This document shows, piece after piece, positions 32,701 through 47,284 of a stretch of 47,650 bases of DNA. Below the pieces are notes generated by a model, which did no database searches, was not told the origin of the DNA, and worked only from the letters and a program-made list of their open reading frames with translations. This stretch comes from Bigelowiella natans CCMP2755 (taxonomy: Eukaryota > Protista > Cercozoa): assembly GCA_000320545.1 (NCBI GenBank), contig ADNK01002558.1, forward strand, positions 1 through 47,650, read 5' to 3'. The translations under genes were made by a program, and so were the position numbers. Numbering within the stretch: the first letter of the stretch is position 1; every line of letters starts with the position of its first letter.

Positions 32701-32936
32701 ATGATGACCGGCTCCGGAAAGTTCCTGATCCTCGCAGCTTTGGCTGCCGTGGCAGTACTCATAGTATCTCATTCTTCGTCCCCGAAAATTTTAAGCGCTG
32801 GGAACCAAATACGAAGCAAGCCAGCTACATTTCGGTAATACTTCGCCCACGTAATACTCACCGCTAATCTAACTTTGTCATTGCTTGTGAAACAGACCAA
32901 GCATGAGATCGGGCATTTTTGCAAGCCAGCGCAGCA

Positions 32937-32978
<42 letters not shown>

Positions 32979-34222
32979 GGAAAATATGATGACATATAGT
33001 TGACATTGCTCTGTACACCTCCAGATGTATACTTATATATGTTTTCGCAAAGATTATGAAACATCCTTCAGCAGCCATGGCTCACATACTACTTCATCTT
33101 AGATATATGAATAAAATGCGTGGGTATCATTGTCAAGTGCCCTGCGGAATTTTCGACGATCCGAAGACTGTTGAGGAGGTACCCAATCTACACCTTCTCA
33201 ACCATAGAGCGATAGTCATGAGCACTGAGCAGTCAAGCATAGACATATAAAATTAACACAAAGATTGTTAACACGCATGCAGATATTGCATGTTTTTTTG
33301 ACATAAAAAATCATCCATAGGTGAAAGAGATGTGCTCTACCATCCGCAAGGCTGTTGGTGAGATCAATGAATTGTCTTCCGACGTATCGAAACCTGCAAC
33401 TTTCAACCAAATGACCCGATGGGTTATGACCAAGGTGGTACAGATGACTTCTTAGAAGTACGTGATGATGTGATTTGCGTGTGTGTATGATAATTAGCTA
33501 TATCAGAGAAAGAGGATTTAAAATTAGATCATGTTTATTTTCGCTAAACAAATTTTTCTTTCCACCCTTAGGAGGAGCATGCCTCCAACATCATCGACAC
33601 AATATCGGCCTACTGCTTGTGCCAACGCGTAAAACCGGTAATTTTCAATTTAAGGAAAATATATTTGATCGATAATTAATGAAACACATATGAGGGGCTT
33701 AAAAAATAACTTGGAACTCATTCAGGTGGGTGCTCCGAAATCGCCATTCACCGAAGAAAAAGATTTTATTGACGCTCTCAAGGTTTATCATACTAAATCC
33801 TATATCACCAAATGTACAACAAGGCTTTTGTCGAGACTTTTGATAGCCGACTGAACCTTTAGATCCTCATAGAAGTTCTCTAGGAGGATCTAGTCCGATT
33901 TCAACCTTCTCAGGCCTTTTTTGACATGACTTCATCATAGAGATATCAATATGTGTTGAGGAAAATCCATGAATTTTGGTTTATTTTGCGAAACGGTTGG
34001 AAGGCGGTGGCATTTGTTCTTTTGTTATTAGCTGGAAATAGAAGGGTTTGAAAATTCGCTGTCATTTGTTTTTCACCCATGGTTCATTGTCATTTTGGTG
34101 TGTAGGCTCACCACGGTGTCATGCTCGCTGCAGTTAAAGCCAAGCAGAGCACAGAAATCAGCGACGTTGACGCACTCGAGCATGCTGTTGCGGACTGGGC
34201 AAAGATGTACACGCCTCTTTGA
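32701..34222 (+). CDS. sodN: Nickel superoxide dismutase with bipartite plastid-type presequence (exons 32701-32834, 32896-32937, 33103-33178, 33321-33434, 33572-33637, 33726-33782, 34106-34222)
   Basis: Ni-hook HCQVPCGIFDDP (His codon 33128), then TIRKAV, NQMTRWVMTKEEHASNII, YCLCQRVKP, DALKAHHGVMLAAVKAKQ, ALEHAVADWAKMY. All six introns are GT-AG and in phase. Confidence 0.92.
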
Positions 34223-34359
34223 AGTTCAATTTATGAATGACAAGATGCAATAAAAGATCGTTAATAAATTTCTTGAAACTTGCGCTCCGAATATCAAAAG
34301 CTTTAGTCCGAGCTTTAGCTTTGGGTTGAACAATCGGTACAAGCCGTTGATGTTCAAAT

Positions 34360-34870
34360 TTTGAATTCATGCGTGCGTGGTATGTATGCAGTGTCTTTGT
34401 GTGATGATGATATGCTATCATCATGCCAGTATGCTTGTTGTGGAGGTTGTAAGTTGTATGCGGCTCTAGCATTATGTTTTAACGCGAGAAAAGTAATCTC
34501 GCTAGCTCGTGCAGCTAGCATGCGTGGTACTATAGTACAGCATCAGGACTAGAGGAATCGAACGCATCATGCATGACGTACGATGCATCGCACGTCCGTA
34601 GCAATAAAGCCAACAACGTGCGTGTATACCTAGCTAGCTAGCTAGTCTGCACACATTGTGATTTAGCACGTGACAGCTGTGTGTTTATATGTTTGTGTCA
34701 ACAGTGTCATTGCTAGATTGGGCTATGCTAGCTATGCCTCGATTCTCACGTACGATGTAAGCAAGTGAAACTGCATGCATCACCGCATCGATCACCGCTC
34801 TAGCGCTGTCGTACATTGCATTAGGATGACTATTGAAAATATTTAATCACTTCATTACATCCGTCTCACA
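34360..34870. repeat. Decayed repeat island with GCTAGCTAGCTAG and the shared GGATG/CATCC core
   Basis: 34820-34868 is the reverse complement of the 3453-3500 motif. Confidence 0.6.
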
Positions 34871-35344
34871 TTGGACTTTTTACCAAGAGACTCTCAGTCT
34901 TAGCTTCTGAGAAAATCGTCTCAATCCCGCTTATTGACGGTATTGTGAGATCCAATATGCACAGAAACTAATCCACACTAACGTCCCGAAGCTCTTCTCT
35001 TTCTCATTGCCGCTCTTCTATTGTCGTAGAACATGTGTCCTATTAAACACGAAAAGACTATTAAGCTTAGTTTTGAAAAGGCAACCCAACCCAACCCATC
35101 CCAATTGTAGATTGACAATTACTCATCTATCGATCGATGAACATCAATGCAACATTACGCGGAAAAAACAATCAACCCAATACTATGATAGCTGCAAATT
35201 ACATTATAAGAATGATAACTGAAATTGTCAAAGACTTCTCGTTCAATAGGAAGCCCACAACAAAATTGATACATTTGAATTTACTTATTTGTTTCCAGAA
35301 ATTGCCGCATTCTATGCGGAATCATTGTTATTGTTACTTTAACT

Positions 35345-36900
35345 GGGCAACTTATTTGTTCGAATAACACCTTTACTGCATTTACACTTGGCGCCAACAC
35401 TGCCGCATTTCCAGCAGAACTTGTACCCGCAAAGGCATTTCATCTTGTCGCAGGTGGACTCCAGTTTCTCAATGAAAACATTGCATCTTTGTAGTATAAA
35501 ATTGCTACTTTAAACGTATGGTGTTTCTTGGGAGATTCAAGGTGTTTCTAGATAAAATTTCTCACAAATACCACATCATCGTAAACTCTTACCTCTGGTA
35601 CTTCTAATCTTCAAACGGCCAATTCCCCCATTACTCTATTATGAAATCTCTCCTTATTTATCTCCTAGGTGTCTACTACCCGCCGCATCTTTGGTAAGTA
35701 TCTGAAGCAGCTTTCAGTGTGACTACTGTCTGTGACTCTTCCTTCGCTGCCCTACCCAATAGCGCTACTTTCTTCTCTTCTGACATCATGCGAAATTCGA
35801 TGCAGCTCACCCCAAAATGCCAGGGAATCTGCGAGAAGGTGAATTGTTGGCGGTAAGGTTTCGTTAGGCATATAACATAAATCAGCTGCAATTCATTCGT
35901 CTTGAGAGAGTGTGCCGTAGCAACGAGGTTTGTTAAGAATAAGATGTTTCACGGGCCCATCACCTTACAGCGAAAGCAGGTCAACTTTTTACAAAGTCCG
36001 CACTCTATACGTCGTTCAAGACTTTTACACTCGAGAATGCCTTCACATCCAGGCGTACTACAAAATATTTTGAGTGGATCGTCCCGAACTTCCTGATTTA
36101 TCCGTAATTGCTTGTAGCGTGCAAGGAGCTTTGTTGGTTGCTTATGACATATCAAGAGAATCGATTCGATCTGTTGGTCATTGAGCGTCACTTTGCATGA
36201 CGACTCCATACACCTGACGGTTTGCATAAATGGGGCCCCTAGTTCCAATTGTTCCTCGATGTAACGAGACCAACAGGCCCCGCAAAATGTGTGCTGGCAT
36301 CCTAAATAGTTACAAAAGAATATAAATACTTAATCTCTTGGATCTTTGTTCAATTAAATACTAGGGATGGTAATTGGTTTCTTCATCGTCTCATTTTGGT
36401 CGATGCAGTAGTCTTCAAAGCACACGCCGCACTGACTGTTGCCCTCGATTTTCCCGTCTCCCTGACCATCATGCCTTTGTACATTCCGCTGGCCCACGTC
36501 GCCTCGCCCACCAGCGGCGACACCGTAAGGTTGGCCAGTTTCATTTTTTATCTTCTTAAAGGGACGAAACCCTGCCTCATTTACACTCTCCATGGTAGAA
36601 GCTGGAAACAACGATCCAAATGCGGGTCTATTTCTGTTCCATTACGCTTCCACGCTCCCATTTATTTACGAGCACACCTACAAGCACCGAAGCTCCTTGC
36701 CATTTTCTGATTCGGGTATTTCTCGGGACATTTGCAGGAAAAATCCTAAATTACAGTTAACATAAATATAGGGAAATAAAGTCCTGCGACAAAAGTCTTT
36801 AAGAAATCTCCTATCGGATTCCCGATCGTTGATACATCCTTCGCGGTTGCGAGAAGAACAAGAGAGACGTTAGGTTTATTAAGGTATTTCTACCAAATTA
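35345..36900 (-). CDS. RBR (RING1-IBR-RING2) E3 ubiquitin ligase, multi-exon; ends approximate
   Basis: CGVCFEDY...GCQHTFCGACW...VRCMESSC (RING1); FCSTPGC...CGLCKKLTCFRCK (IBR); CDKMKCLCGYKFCWKCG (RING2). Confidence 0.8.
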
Positions 36901-36949
36901 ATGTTTACGTGCCGACAAGTTATTTCCATGACAACAGTGACTGAGATTT

Positions 36950-38236
<1,287 letters not shown>

Positions 38237-38289
38237 GTGCCGCACTTAAAACTGAAAGATGGAACGTGAACTTTCTTGTTGTGAGTTCA

Positions 38290-39180
38290 TGAAGCCATCT
38301 TCAGTGCCTGGATGACAATGGCTAGATGGGTTAGATTGGGTCGCTGGCAAGGGAAGAGTGTACAGAAGAAAACGCATGGTGGAATTTTTGCAATGTTGAA
38401 ATCTGATCAAAGCTCAGTGATGCATTCTCCAGTCCATAGCAAGTGCTGACCCTGCTGCTTTGGTCGACCAACGTGCGCAGCGCGTGCACTCTGCATGACG
38501 AGTGCCAGAGTGTTGTGCACTGGTGTGCCTGTTGTCATCATGATTCTGCTGGTCATTGATGATGACTGGACGCTGCCGGATCGCATCAGATCCCTCATGC
38601 TAGGCCAGCTAGCTAGCTGGCCTGTCTGCCAGCAGTCCACTAGCTAGCTAGCGCTGAGCTTGCTCTTGACTTGCTAGCTTGACGACGCACATGCTGGCAT
38701 GCTAGCGCTAGCATGGCTACGTGGCAGTCTAGCAGTGCCATCGCCAAGACTAGCTAGCTTGATGATCCTCCAGAATGCTAGCATGCACTGGAGCAGTCTG
38801 CCGCCACACCTGCATGGCTAGACACAGCTAGACAGCGCAGCTGGTAGCTAGCCCTCCTCTCACACACTCTAGCACTGTGAGCAATGATTTCAGAAACGAT
38901 CGATTGTCAAGCTAGCTAGCTAGCTAGCCATTGCGAGATTAGCTCTGTCTAGCTGTGGAGCTGTCTAGCTAGCTAGCTGTTCACATGCACCTCTAGACCT
39001 GCTGCTGTGACACGCTGGCGCGTGCTAGCTGCATGGTTCAACGTGACGCTGCTGCGCTGCAGCGCGCTACTAGCATTAGCGCGCAAGCCACCTCTAGACC
39101 TGCCTAATTTCAGATCTTGATGACAACGAGCACATTGACATGCATCGAGGGAGGAGGGCTAGCTAGCTAGAGGGTACGTG
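38290..39180. repeat. Decayed repeat island, extremely CTAG/GCTAGC-rich; other TpA contexts scarce
   Basis: Dozens of CTAG including (GCTA)4 at ~38911; lies between convergent H3 and AP5Z1. Confidence 0.7.
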
Positions 39181-39187
39181 GTCATAT

Positions 39188-41889
39188 TTACCGCAGAGGA
39201 GCTGCAGGCGAGGGATCCTTCGCAACAGTGATGTTGCTTTCATTGCTTGGAATGAAACTTCGATTTTTCTGGGGAATAATGAAGTCTGAAGCATCTGGAT
39301 GGTTCGTCATTAGAGTGAGAGGGGTGTTCTCGTTGAGGTGCGGGGAACAAAAGAACGGCTCCTTAAACAAAGAATACGCAATGCTCGGCTGCTGGAGCAA
39401 TCGTGCACACTGACTCGCCCGAAGGCTGACACTGGCGGGAAGCATAGAACGGTTTCCTAAGACGCGGATCAAAATTGCTCTGACCGAAGGAACAAGTTCT
39501 ACACATCTCGCAGCAAGTTTGCACAAGGCCATCAAAGAGACGTGGATCAACCTGGTGGCTATCTCCTCTCCACCTGATAGCGACTGAATGTAAGATATCC
39601 CATCAGCTTTTCTGTCACCACCGATATTGTGTCCATCACTTTCTCGTTGAACAGATAATGTATCTTTGCGAGAATGATAATGGGGTTGATGCTGCTGTTG
39701 GTAGTGGTATGATGGAGAGGAGCCGTCGTAGCCACCGTAGACGCTGTTACTCCGATTGTCAAGAAGTCCCATTAATACTCTCGGGGGTGCAATTCTACTA
39801 CTATTACTACTTCCACTATCCTTGCCACGCCCAGAATGGCGGGGAGATCGTATTGCCCCATCAGTGTCATTGGCCTTGCAGATCGCAACATGGATGGCCA
39901 TCTGAGTATCAATAACTTGCGCAAGCACCTGCTGATACTCAACTACAACCTTAAACTCTGTGTGTGTGTGCTCCGTTTGCAGGTACTCGCCAATCAGCCA
40001 AATGATTTGAATGGCGAGTATTTGCTGCTGACGATGCTGGGGGAGTTGGGAGAACGAAGTGGTGGCCGCCGACCTTTTGATTGACTGCAGCAGCGTAAGT
40101 TTGGTATTGACGACGAGTGCCGGGTACTTCTCGAACATCGCGAGAAGCCTGTCGCATAATTGCTGCAACGAATCATGATGGAGGGATGAGGACGATGACG
40201 GGGATGATGATGATGATGATGATGATGATGGTGATGATGACGATGACGCTGATGACATTGATGGAGATGATGAAGACAATGTTGCAGATGAGGATAAAGA
40301 TGCCGTGGTCGATGGCGAGTAATGACTTTGCTGATGTTGCTGCGGTGAGCCATGCCGCTGCTGATTTATGCTGTCAATATCGTCGGCGCTTCTATGAGCA
40401 TGATGGTGTCGTTGTTTCTGGTGCTGCATATCCTTGTACCGTCGGCGTTGGGGGGACCAGCAGCTAACTCGCTCTATAATGGAGGCCACCATCTTCTTGC
40501 ACTCCGCCATGGTGACAGTCTGTAGCATGCAGTCGAAATAGATGTTGAGCAGCGTGGGGCGGAGCTGCGCGGCAAGCCTCGTCTTTACATTCTTCCCCAT
40601 CGTCGTACGTGAGGTTGCGACAGAGGAATGAGGCGGCGGCTGACACCGCAATACTTCCCAAGAGCTTGGACGTTGCATGGCATGTGGTGTAGATGAAGAC
40701 GACGATGGCAGTTGGATGCTAGCTTGGCTCGAGGAGGATGATCTATCTCGAAGCATGTATCGGCACCTAAGATGGTGCAGGTGGTTGTTGGACTACTATT
40801 ATTCATTATTCTTGTTATTATTATTACCATTACTACTTCTGTTGGTGAGACTACTCAACTGCTAGGCCTTTCTTTACCTTTTCCCTCTTATTGCTCTCTA
40901 CTTCTAGTCACTATTTAATCCCCCCCCTCCCTCCCCTCCCTCTCCTCCCCTCCTCCCCAAGGTCACGCAAGCACACTTACACATTGGAATGCTTTGAGGT
41001 AAAGCGTTCCCATTCCTCCAGCTTATTCTGCCTCCTCAGCCGCAGCTCATACTGCACCAGGGCGGCCAGTAGCGGCAGGTCCAAGATGGTGTTGAGCACC
41101 TCGCACTTTATCTTGGGACGAATGGCGAGGAAGCGGACAAAGACCTTGGCCTCCTGCACGTAGCTGATGGGGAACAAGGCGAATATCTTGAAGAGGAGGG
41201 GGAAGAAGACTGTCAGGTGGTTTTTTAGGAGCGTTTCGCAGTTCTTGACGCAGAACTGCACGGTTGAATAGGCTAGAATAGGCTCCATGAAGTTGCTGGA
41301 TAAGCACCGCCTGAGGATGGATGATGGGATGATGAAAACAGCAAACGCCACCAGCAAATATTAACAACACTTCGTCATCAAAACCAGTACCATCACAAAC
41401 CACCGTCAAATTAATGAACCTCACCACCCTTTTGCTTGCTACACAATACTACAGCCAAAGGGCAATAATGCATACCCACGTCGAGTCGGCTGTTTGGCTC
41501 ATCCCCCCCTTCCCTTTCCCCTGCTGCTGTCTTCTTCTTCTTCTTCTTCTTCTTCTTCTTCTTCTCACTCCGCATCCCATCTCTCCGTAAAACATGTACT
41601 CACTTAAAATATAGCTCGATGAGAGACTCCGCATTATAGGTAGAGCTTGGATGCTTGATGAAGAAATCGATGATGCTGAGGATCATGTTTCCCTTCTTGC
41701 CGATTTGCAGCCGCTCTACATCGGGGCTCTGCAGCATGTCTGTGAGCACGTGGGACAGGTTCTCAAGCTGCAAGGCTACCCGAAGCGGAAGAGCCTTGGC
41801 CTGGGCTGGTAGTGTTATTATTGCACTATAGTCAGCAGGGTTAAGATGGTGGTGATAAAACGCATGTATGATGCGAATACGAATTGACT

Positions 41890-41929
<40 letters not shown>

Positions 41930-44900
41930 AGAACAACAACTGTACTCGCTCTCCCACCGCCCCCGGCCCCACGAATGCTTGCATAACGTACCCAGCGAGC
42001 AGTTGAGGGACAATAGCTCGATGGCGGAGATGACCGCTGCCGAGTGGAACTCGTGCCTTTGGTGGGCTTCAGGGGCGTTGAAGAAGGGGGAGGAGATAGA
42101 GCTCCAAACGTAATCCTTGTTCAGAGTTGCTGCCTTCATCTCTGCTTTGAGCATGCCTTGGCTCAGCTGCACGATGCGAATGCAGTGGATCGTCAGCGCG
42201 TTGGCCAGCTTCTCGCCGTAGAAACTGGGGTCTTTGTTTTTGCCAAACGTGGTTTTATCCCCGCCCGTGCTTGGGCCGGAGGAAGAGGCGCTCGCGGCTC
42301 GATTGTTGCCGTAGCTTATGGGCGATTTGTAGCTGCAAATGCGTTGGTTTGAAATTAATAATAATTACAAGAAGACGAAGAGAAAAAGGAACGGCGAGGT
42401 AGACAGATGGTGAGATATCTTTGGCGATGATGATGATGACAACATGACATATCACCACTCATATATTCACGCAAGTGTATGGATGTATGGGAAGGATGCA
42501 GTATGCGGTTATTACTTGAAACGATGGCTCAGTCTCCGAAACACTTTCTGCTGATTGAGAGTCAGACTGCCTCCTCCACCCCCCCCCTCGCGTTGTTGTT
42601 GAATTCGTTTCTGCTGGCCTTGCTCCCTCTTCGAATGCATCTTCGCTGCCACATTCACCATTCCTCTAGCAGGTTGTTGTTGTTGTTGTTGTTGTTGTTG
42701 TCGTGTATCACCCAGCTTTTTGCCCTCTCCTTCTTTTAACTTCGTCAGCCAATCATCATCATCATCATCATCATCGCCGTCGTCATTGTCGGCCCGAATG
42801 AGTCTCCTTTGGTTTTGCGCCACCATGCGGAGCCAGGAATTCAACGAGATCATGCCGACGCGGAGGTACTTGAGATTTGCGTCAAATCTGCGCAACTTCT
42901 GCGGCATTTTGGAGAGGCTTGACCTTACTGAATCGGTATCCATGAGAACCGTGTCTACCTCCTCCGTGCTCCCATGCTCTCCCTGCCCTGCTGTGCCTGC
43001 CCCCGACTCTCCCATCGAGGAGGGATCACTGTAAATGGTGGGGGGGGTAAGATACGATCGGTGTGATAGCGTTTGATGTCCGTTATAATGGGAAAGGGGA
43101 AAAGCGATGATATACTACGGCATTATTGAACAACTTCCTAAGACCTGGGCTTATGAGGAGGAGAAGAGAACGGCTAGAGGTTGGAAAAAGGAAGATAGCT
43201 ACCTATAGGAGCCCTTTGTGGCGCTGCCCGACATCGACGGAAAGCTCAGAAGTGTCATCATTGACCACGACTTTCTCGAATCGCTTCTCTTTTGGATAGA
43301 ATTGCCGTACGTCTGCTGCATAATCTCTTCCAGAAGCTCTTCTAGCGCCTTTGGCATGGGCCATAGTCTTCGTCGTTGCTGCAGCTGTTGATTCCGTTTT
43401 CGTAGTCGTCGCCTCCCACCAGTTTGCCTTGTCTCCTTCTCTTTCCAATCCTCTCTTATTCCTTCTTTCCGGTCTTCTTCCTCCTCTTCTTTTTCAATAG
43501 TTTCTTGCAGTAGAGCCCCAAGTTTGGTATCACCAAATTCATCGCCGCCCCCTTTTCTTTCACCCCTCGAGTAAGCACCTCCATTCGACCTGTCGTTGCT
43601 CACGAGCTGCAAGCTGGATAGACGACCAAACGCGCAGAGCGCGATGAAACGAAGTGGCACACGATTGTCCGCGCTGTACGAGTTTGCGATGAAAGACAAT
43701 GACTTGTCGTTGCTGCTGCTGCTGCTGGGCCTTGAGTAAGAGGAGGGGATGTGAAACGGAGAGAACGGATGGGAGGAAGACGACGATGACGAAGTTCTAG
43801 CTGAAGCAGAGAGACTTTTCGTACTGACTGGTATTGAAGAATTGAGGTTCCCTGTGAGCGAGGCGACGTATTCCTGAATATCACCCGGCTTCGTACACGC
43901 AAATGCAATGCTCACGCGCAGACGCCTTGGTAGAATCGCAATGCAACGGGCCACAGGGCTGACATTTGCGGAGGAAAATGAACCTCCGGTTCTTTTTTGG
44001 CGACTTGGACCAGCAAGATCTGCCTTGATGAGAAGCTTCGCTAGATCTTTTGAAATCTTTGAAGAAGGCAAAGGCGATGATGATAGCAACGATGCCGATG
44101 TTGGGGAAGACGGGGAAGGGTTTAGCCTCTTATCGTAGGCTATTATGACGAGAATCATAGCCGCAAGGCTCTGAATGCGTTGAAGCTTTGATCGCTCTAC
44201 CTCTGGATTCTCCCATGCCGTTTCTGAGCGAAGGATAATGAGCGCATATGCGTCGTTGTAAGAGATTAGGCGGTGCGCGGTAAACAGGAGGATCAGCAGC
44301 TACTACGTGGCCCCAAGACCGTGCTGTTCTAACTGATCTATTTTTTATTATCACAAATCGCCAACCACCTGTGTGCTTTCGAAAATGGTTGAGATCCGCG
44401 GACGCAAGGTGTCTCTTGAGAGAGTGGGAGATGTTCATCATGAGCACGCCCAACGTCGCAGCGAGCTGTGAGCATAGTGGTGGGTGAGGAGGCGATGCAA
44501 AGCTATACTTTCCGTCCATAAGAGAAGCGATTCGAAAATTAAAAAAGAAGTTGTGCTTACCTGATCGAGTAGCTGTTCCACATATTCAATCTCGCGTGGA
44601 CTTACATATTTCTTCGGGTTCGGTGGCAATGTCTTCCCCTTGGCTTGGCGAAAATACCCCTCATTGAGTACAAGCCAAAGATCACGCAGCACGTGTAAAA
44701 CCTCCTTGTTGTAGGTGGTGCTGTGACTCTGGAAAACCTGGTGGAAAAGCTGTTTTAGGACGCCGTCCTGCAGCGCTTTTTGATTTCGAAGTGTTCTCCC
44801 CGCCCCCCCGAAGGAGACCTCACTCTCTCCAAAATGCAAACCTGGACTGCATAAAAGAGAAACTTTTGGAGCTCTGTCCCCCCCTGTTTCCCCTTCTTAT

Positions 44901-44967
44901 CCAACTTTTTCCTCTTTGACTCTTTGCGCCCCCCCGAGCCCGTCGCCCCCTGACGGCGACTCGCCAT
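39188..44967 (-). CDS. AP5Z1: AP-5 complex subunit zeta-like, multi-exon with low-complexity insertions; start approximate
   Basis: FFPLLFKIFA...EVLNTILDLPLLAALVQYEL, IWLIGEY and LMALCKLAAR...LRASQCARLLQQPSIA match recalled AP5Z1/SPG48 segments. Confidence 0.75.
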
Positions 44968-45149
44968 TCGCCCGATCCGAAGTCTTGGTGAACGGGATGG
45001 TTCCTTCTAGACAAAATTTCGTCAGTATTTTATCCATTAATATAGTTCGATATTTGAAGCTCTTTGCAAACCTTTGGATTCTTGGTTACATTGTGGCATG
45101 ATTTATGTCCAAAATAATTAGATGTTTTCAGGGTACAATGCTACGAGTT

Positions 45150-46210
45150 TTCTGCTCTTTGTCATCGACCTTTTTGGTTCGCCATCTCTCCAATGACCCT
45201 CCAGTTAAGTTAGTTCGAGGCACTGCGTTTCGCACACTGCAAATGTCTTGTTACATTTTGGAAATGTAGTTCTTCATCATTGTTCATTGTTCATTGTTCA
45301 TTGTTAATTCGAAGGATCTTTGATCTTTGACAGCAACAAGCGCGAAGGGGCATCATCTAGTCATGGCGCTTGTTTCTTGCAACTTTGATGATCATGGCAC
45401 ATTGGAAATCATCTCTAGAGGGCACAAGAAAAGCGTCATGCAAACTTTGGCGTGATGATCGGAAGTGAACAGCGCTTGGCACAGCAAAGCGTTCAGTGAG
45501 AACCACTCGCACGCAAACACTCACGTGCAGTTCTGGCAGAGTGAGACAATTTTGGACAGGACAACGACATCAATGACGAAGCCAAAGTGCGTTCGTGCTC
45601 ACACACGATGACCACGCTAGCACGTTTCGACTGTGCTGCTGCATGAACAGTCACTTTGCCTGTCAGCCAGCTAGCCAGAGAACTTGAGTGAACAAATTGA
45701 AACCACCGTTCAATTTTGCGCCCTGTGGCTGGCAGCACTTTTGATTTGGGATTTCGTTCCACGTCCAACTAGACGTTGTCGTCATCATTGGCGCGGTCGA
45801 TCCCGACGACGAGCACGTCTCTGGACGTGCTAGCGTTCCGCGACGATGCGAGTGAGCGAGTGCTGTGTGGTGCGTGCACACACACGTGCCGCTAAGACCG
45901 CGCCTAGACACACATGGAAGCAAAAATGTAGGCTTCGGGCACGTTGCATCATTGCATGGTTGCTTGCACGACACACACGTTTGCACTTGCAAAATCAATG
46001 TTGTCTGCAAACTTTCCAGGCGCTGTCAACTGCACATGCAATGCAACACATGCAAGTTGCTGGCCATTGCTAGATTGCATTGTGCCTTGACCGCATTGCA
46101 TGCATGCAGGGCTGCAGTGTCATAATAGACATCATTCGTCGCGATGCAACCTTGCCAATCGACGTGCACACTTTCATGCTCGGGAACACATGAACCGTGC
46201 TAGCATGGCG
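45150..46210. repeat. TpA-depleted decayed repeat island
   Basis: In 45260-46120 nearly all surviving TA lie in CTAG; Cys/His-rich spurious ORFs. Confidence 0.7.
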
Positions 46211-46211
46211 T

Positions 46212-46445
46212 CTACAGCTTGAAGTAATCTTCGTTGTCGGGCTTTTCTTCGATTTTAAGAGCTCTCCGCTCCTTCTTGCTCATTCTCGCAATCTTTGCCT
46301 TAATCTTAGAGCCCCCTAATCTCTCCTTAATGGCAGCTCTGTCCGCAGCCTCTGCTCGCTGCCTGCGCCTGGCCAGTCTAAGATGATTCAAATAGAAAAG
46401 AATCCGAATATTAACATGTAACACCGCACCCACCCACGCACACGC

Positions 46446-46492
<47 letters not shown>

Positions 46493-47236
46493 AACATCCA
46501 AATCCGACAACTTCTATTAGTAGAGGTCTATAGTTCTCCCAGTGTAATATCGTCGTTGACGGTGAAAGTTTTCCTTCGTAGTAGCATGCGAATATGACAC
46601 ACAAGATACAAACGGACAACCTTCTCCTTGCTTCGAGCTCACGGAACTCCTTTCGCCGCTGCCGCTCGTTTTGCCTCTGCATTTGATGCTCCTTGCGCAT
46701 ACGTTTCATTGCCATGCCTGTTAACATAGTCGCGTCAGAGATAACTAAGGACAGCAGCTAAGAATAACAATTTAGTATTAGCAAGCTTACGGTGCTCCCA
46801 CGAAATCTTAGGAAGATACGGCTTCTCGATACGGCCTTGCGAAGACAACAACCGCAGTATATGAAACATTGAAAAGAGAACAAATACAGGCAGCAAAAAA
46901 GGGGAATCTAGATTCACGTAAAGAGGGTTCAAAGATCATTATTTTAAGGCACATAAGAGAAGTTGAATATCGTTCTCCTGAAACCCCTCCACCCCCCCCC
47001 CTCTAAACTGTTCTGCCGTGCGACAAAGACAATACCCATTCCCGGTTCTCGCCAGGGCCTCGGATACCGTGCCTTATGCTTCTTCTTCACGTGAATAGCC
47101 TGCAATATTGGAGTGATATATTTTAGTAGTAGTAGTAGTAGTAGTAGCAGTAGTAGGTAAGTAGTAGTAGACTAGCAGCAGCAATCATAGTAGCACTTTC
47201 TCAAGTCCCCACCCTGATTATACACATTCCTCCGGG

Positions 47237-47284
<48 letters not shown>

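Noticed and set aside
38290-39180. CTAG motifs as Helitron 3' ends
   Set aside because: Too numerous and internal, in tandem arrays; I could not identify a paired subterminal hairpin, 5' TC end or A|T insertion site.
39228-44138. Plus-strand ORFs with poly-M/D/S overlapping AP5Z1
   Set aside because: Antisense shadows of low-complexity exons and trinucleotide repeats.
46435-46487. (CA)n and (TG)n intronic microsatellites as converted (TA)n
   Set aside because: Such SSRs are ubiquitous in eukaryotes and no unconverted homolog is available here for comparison.
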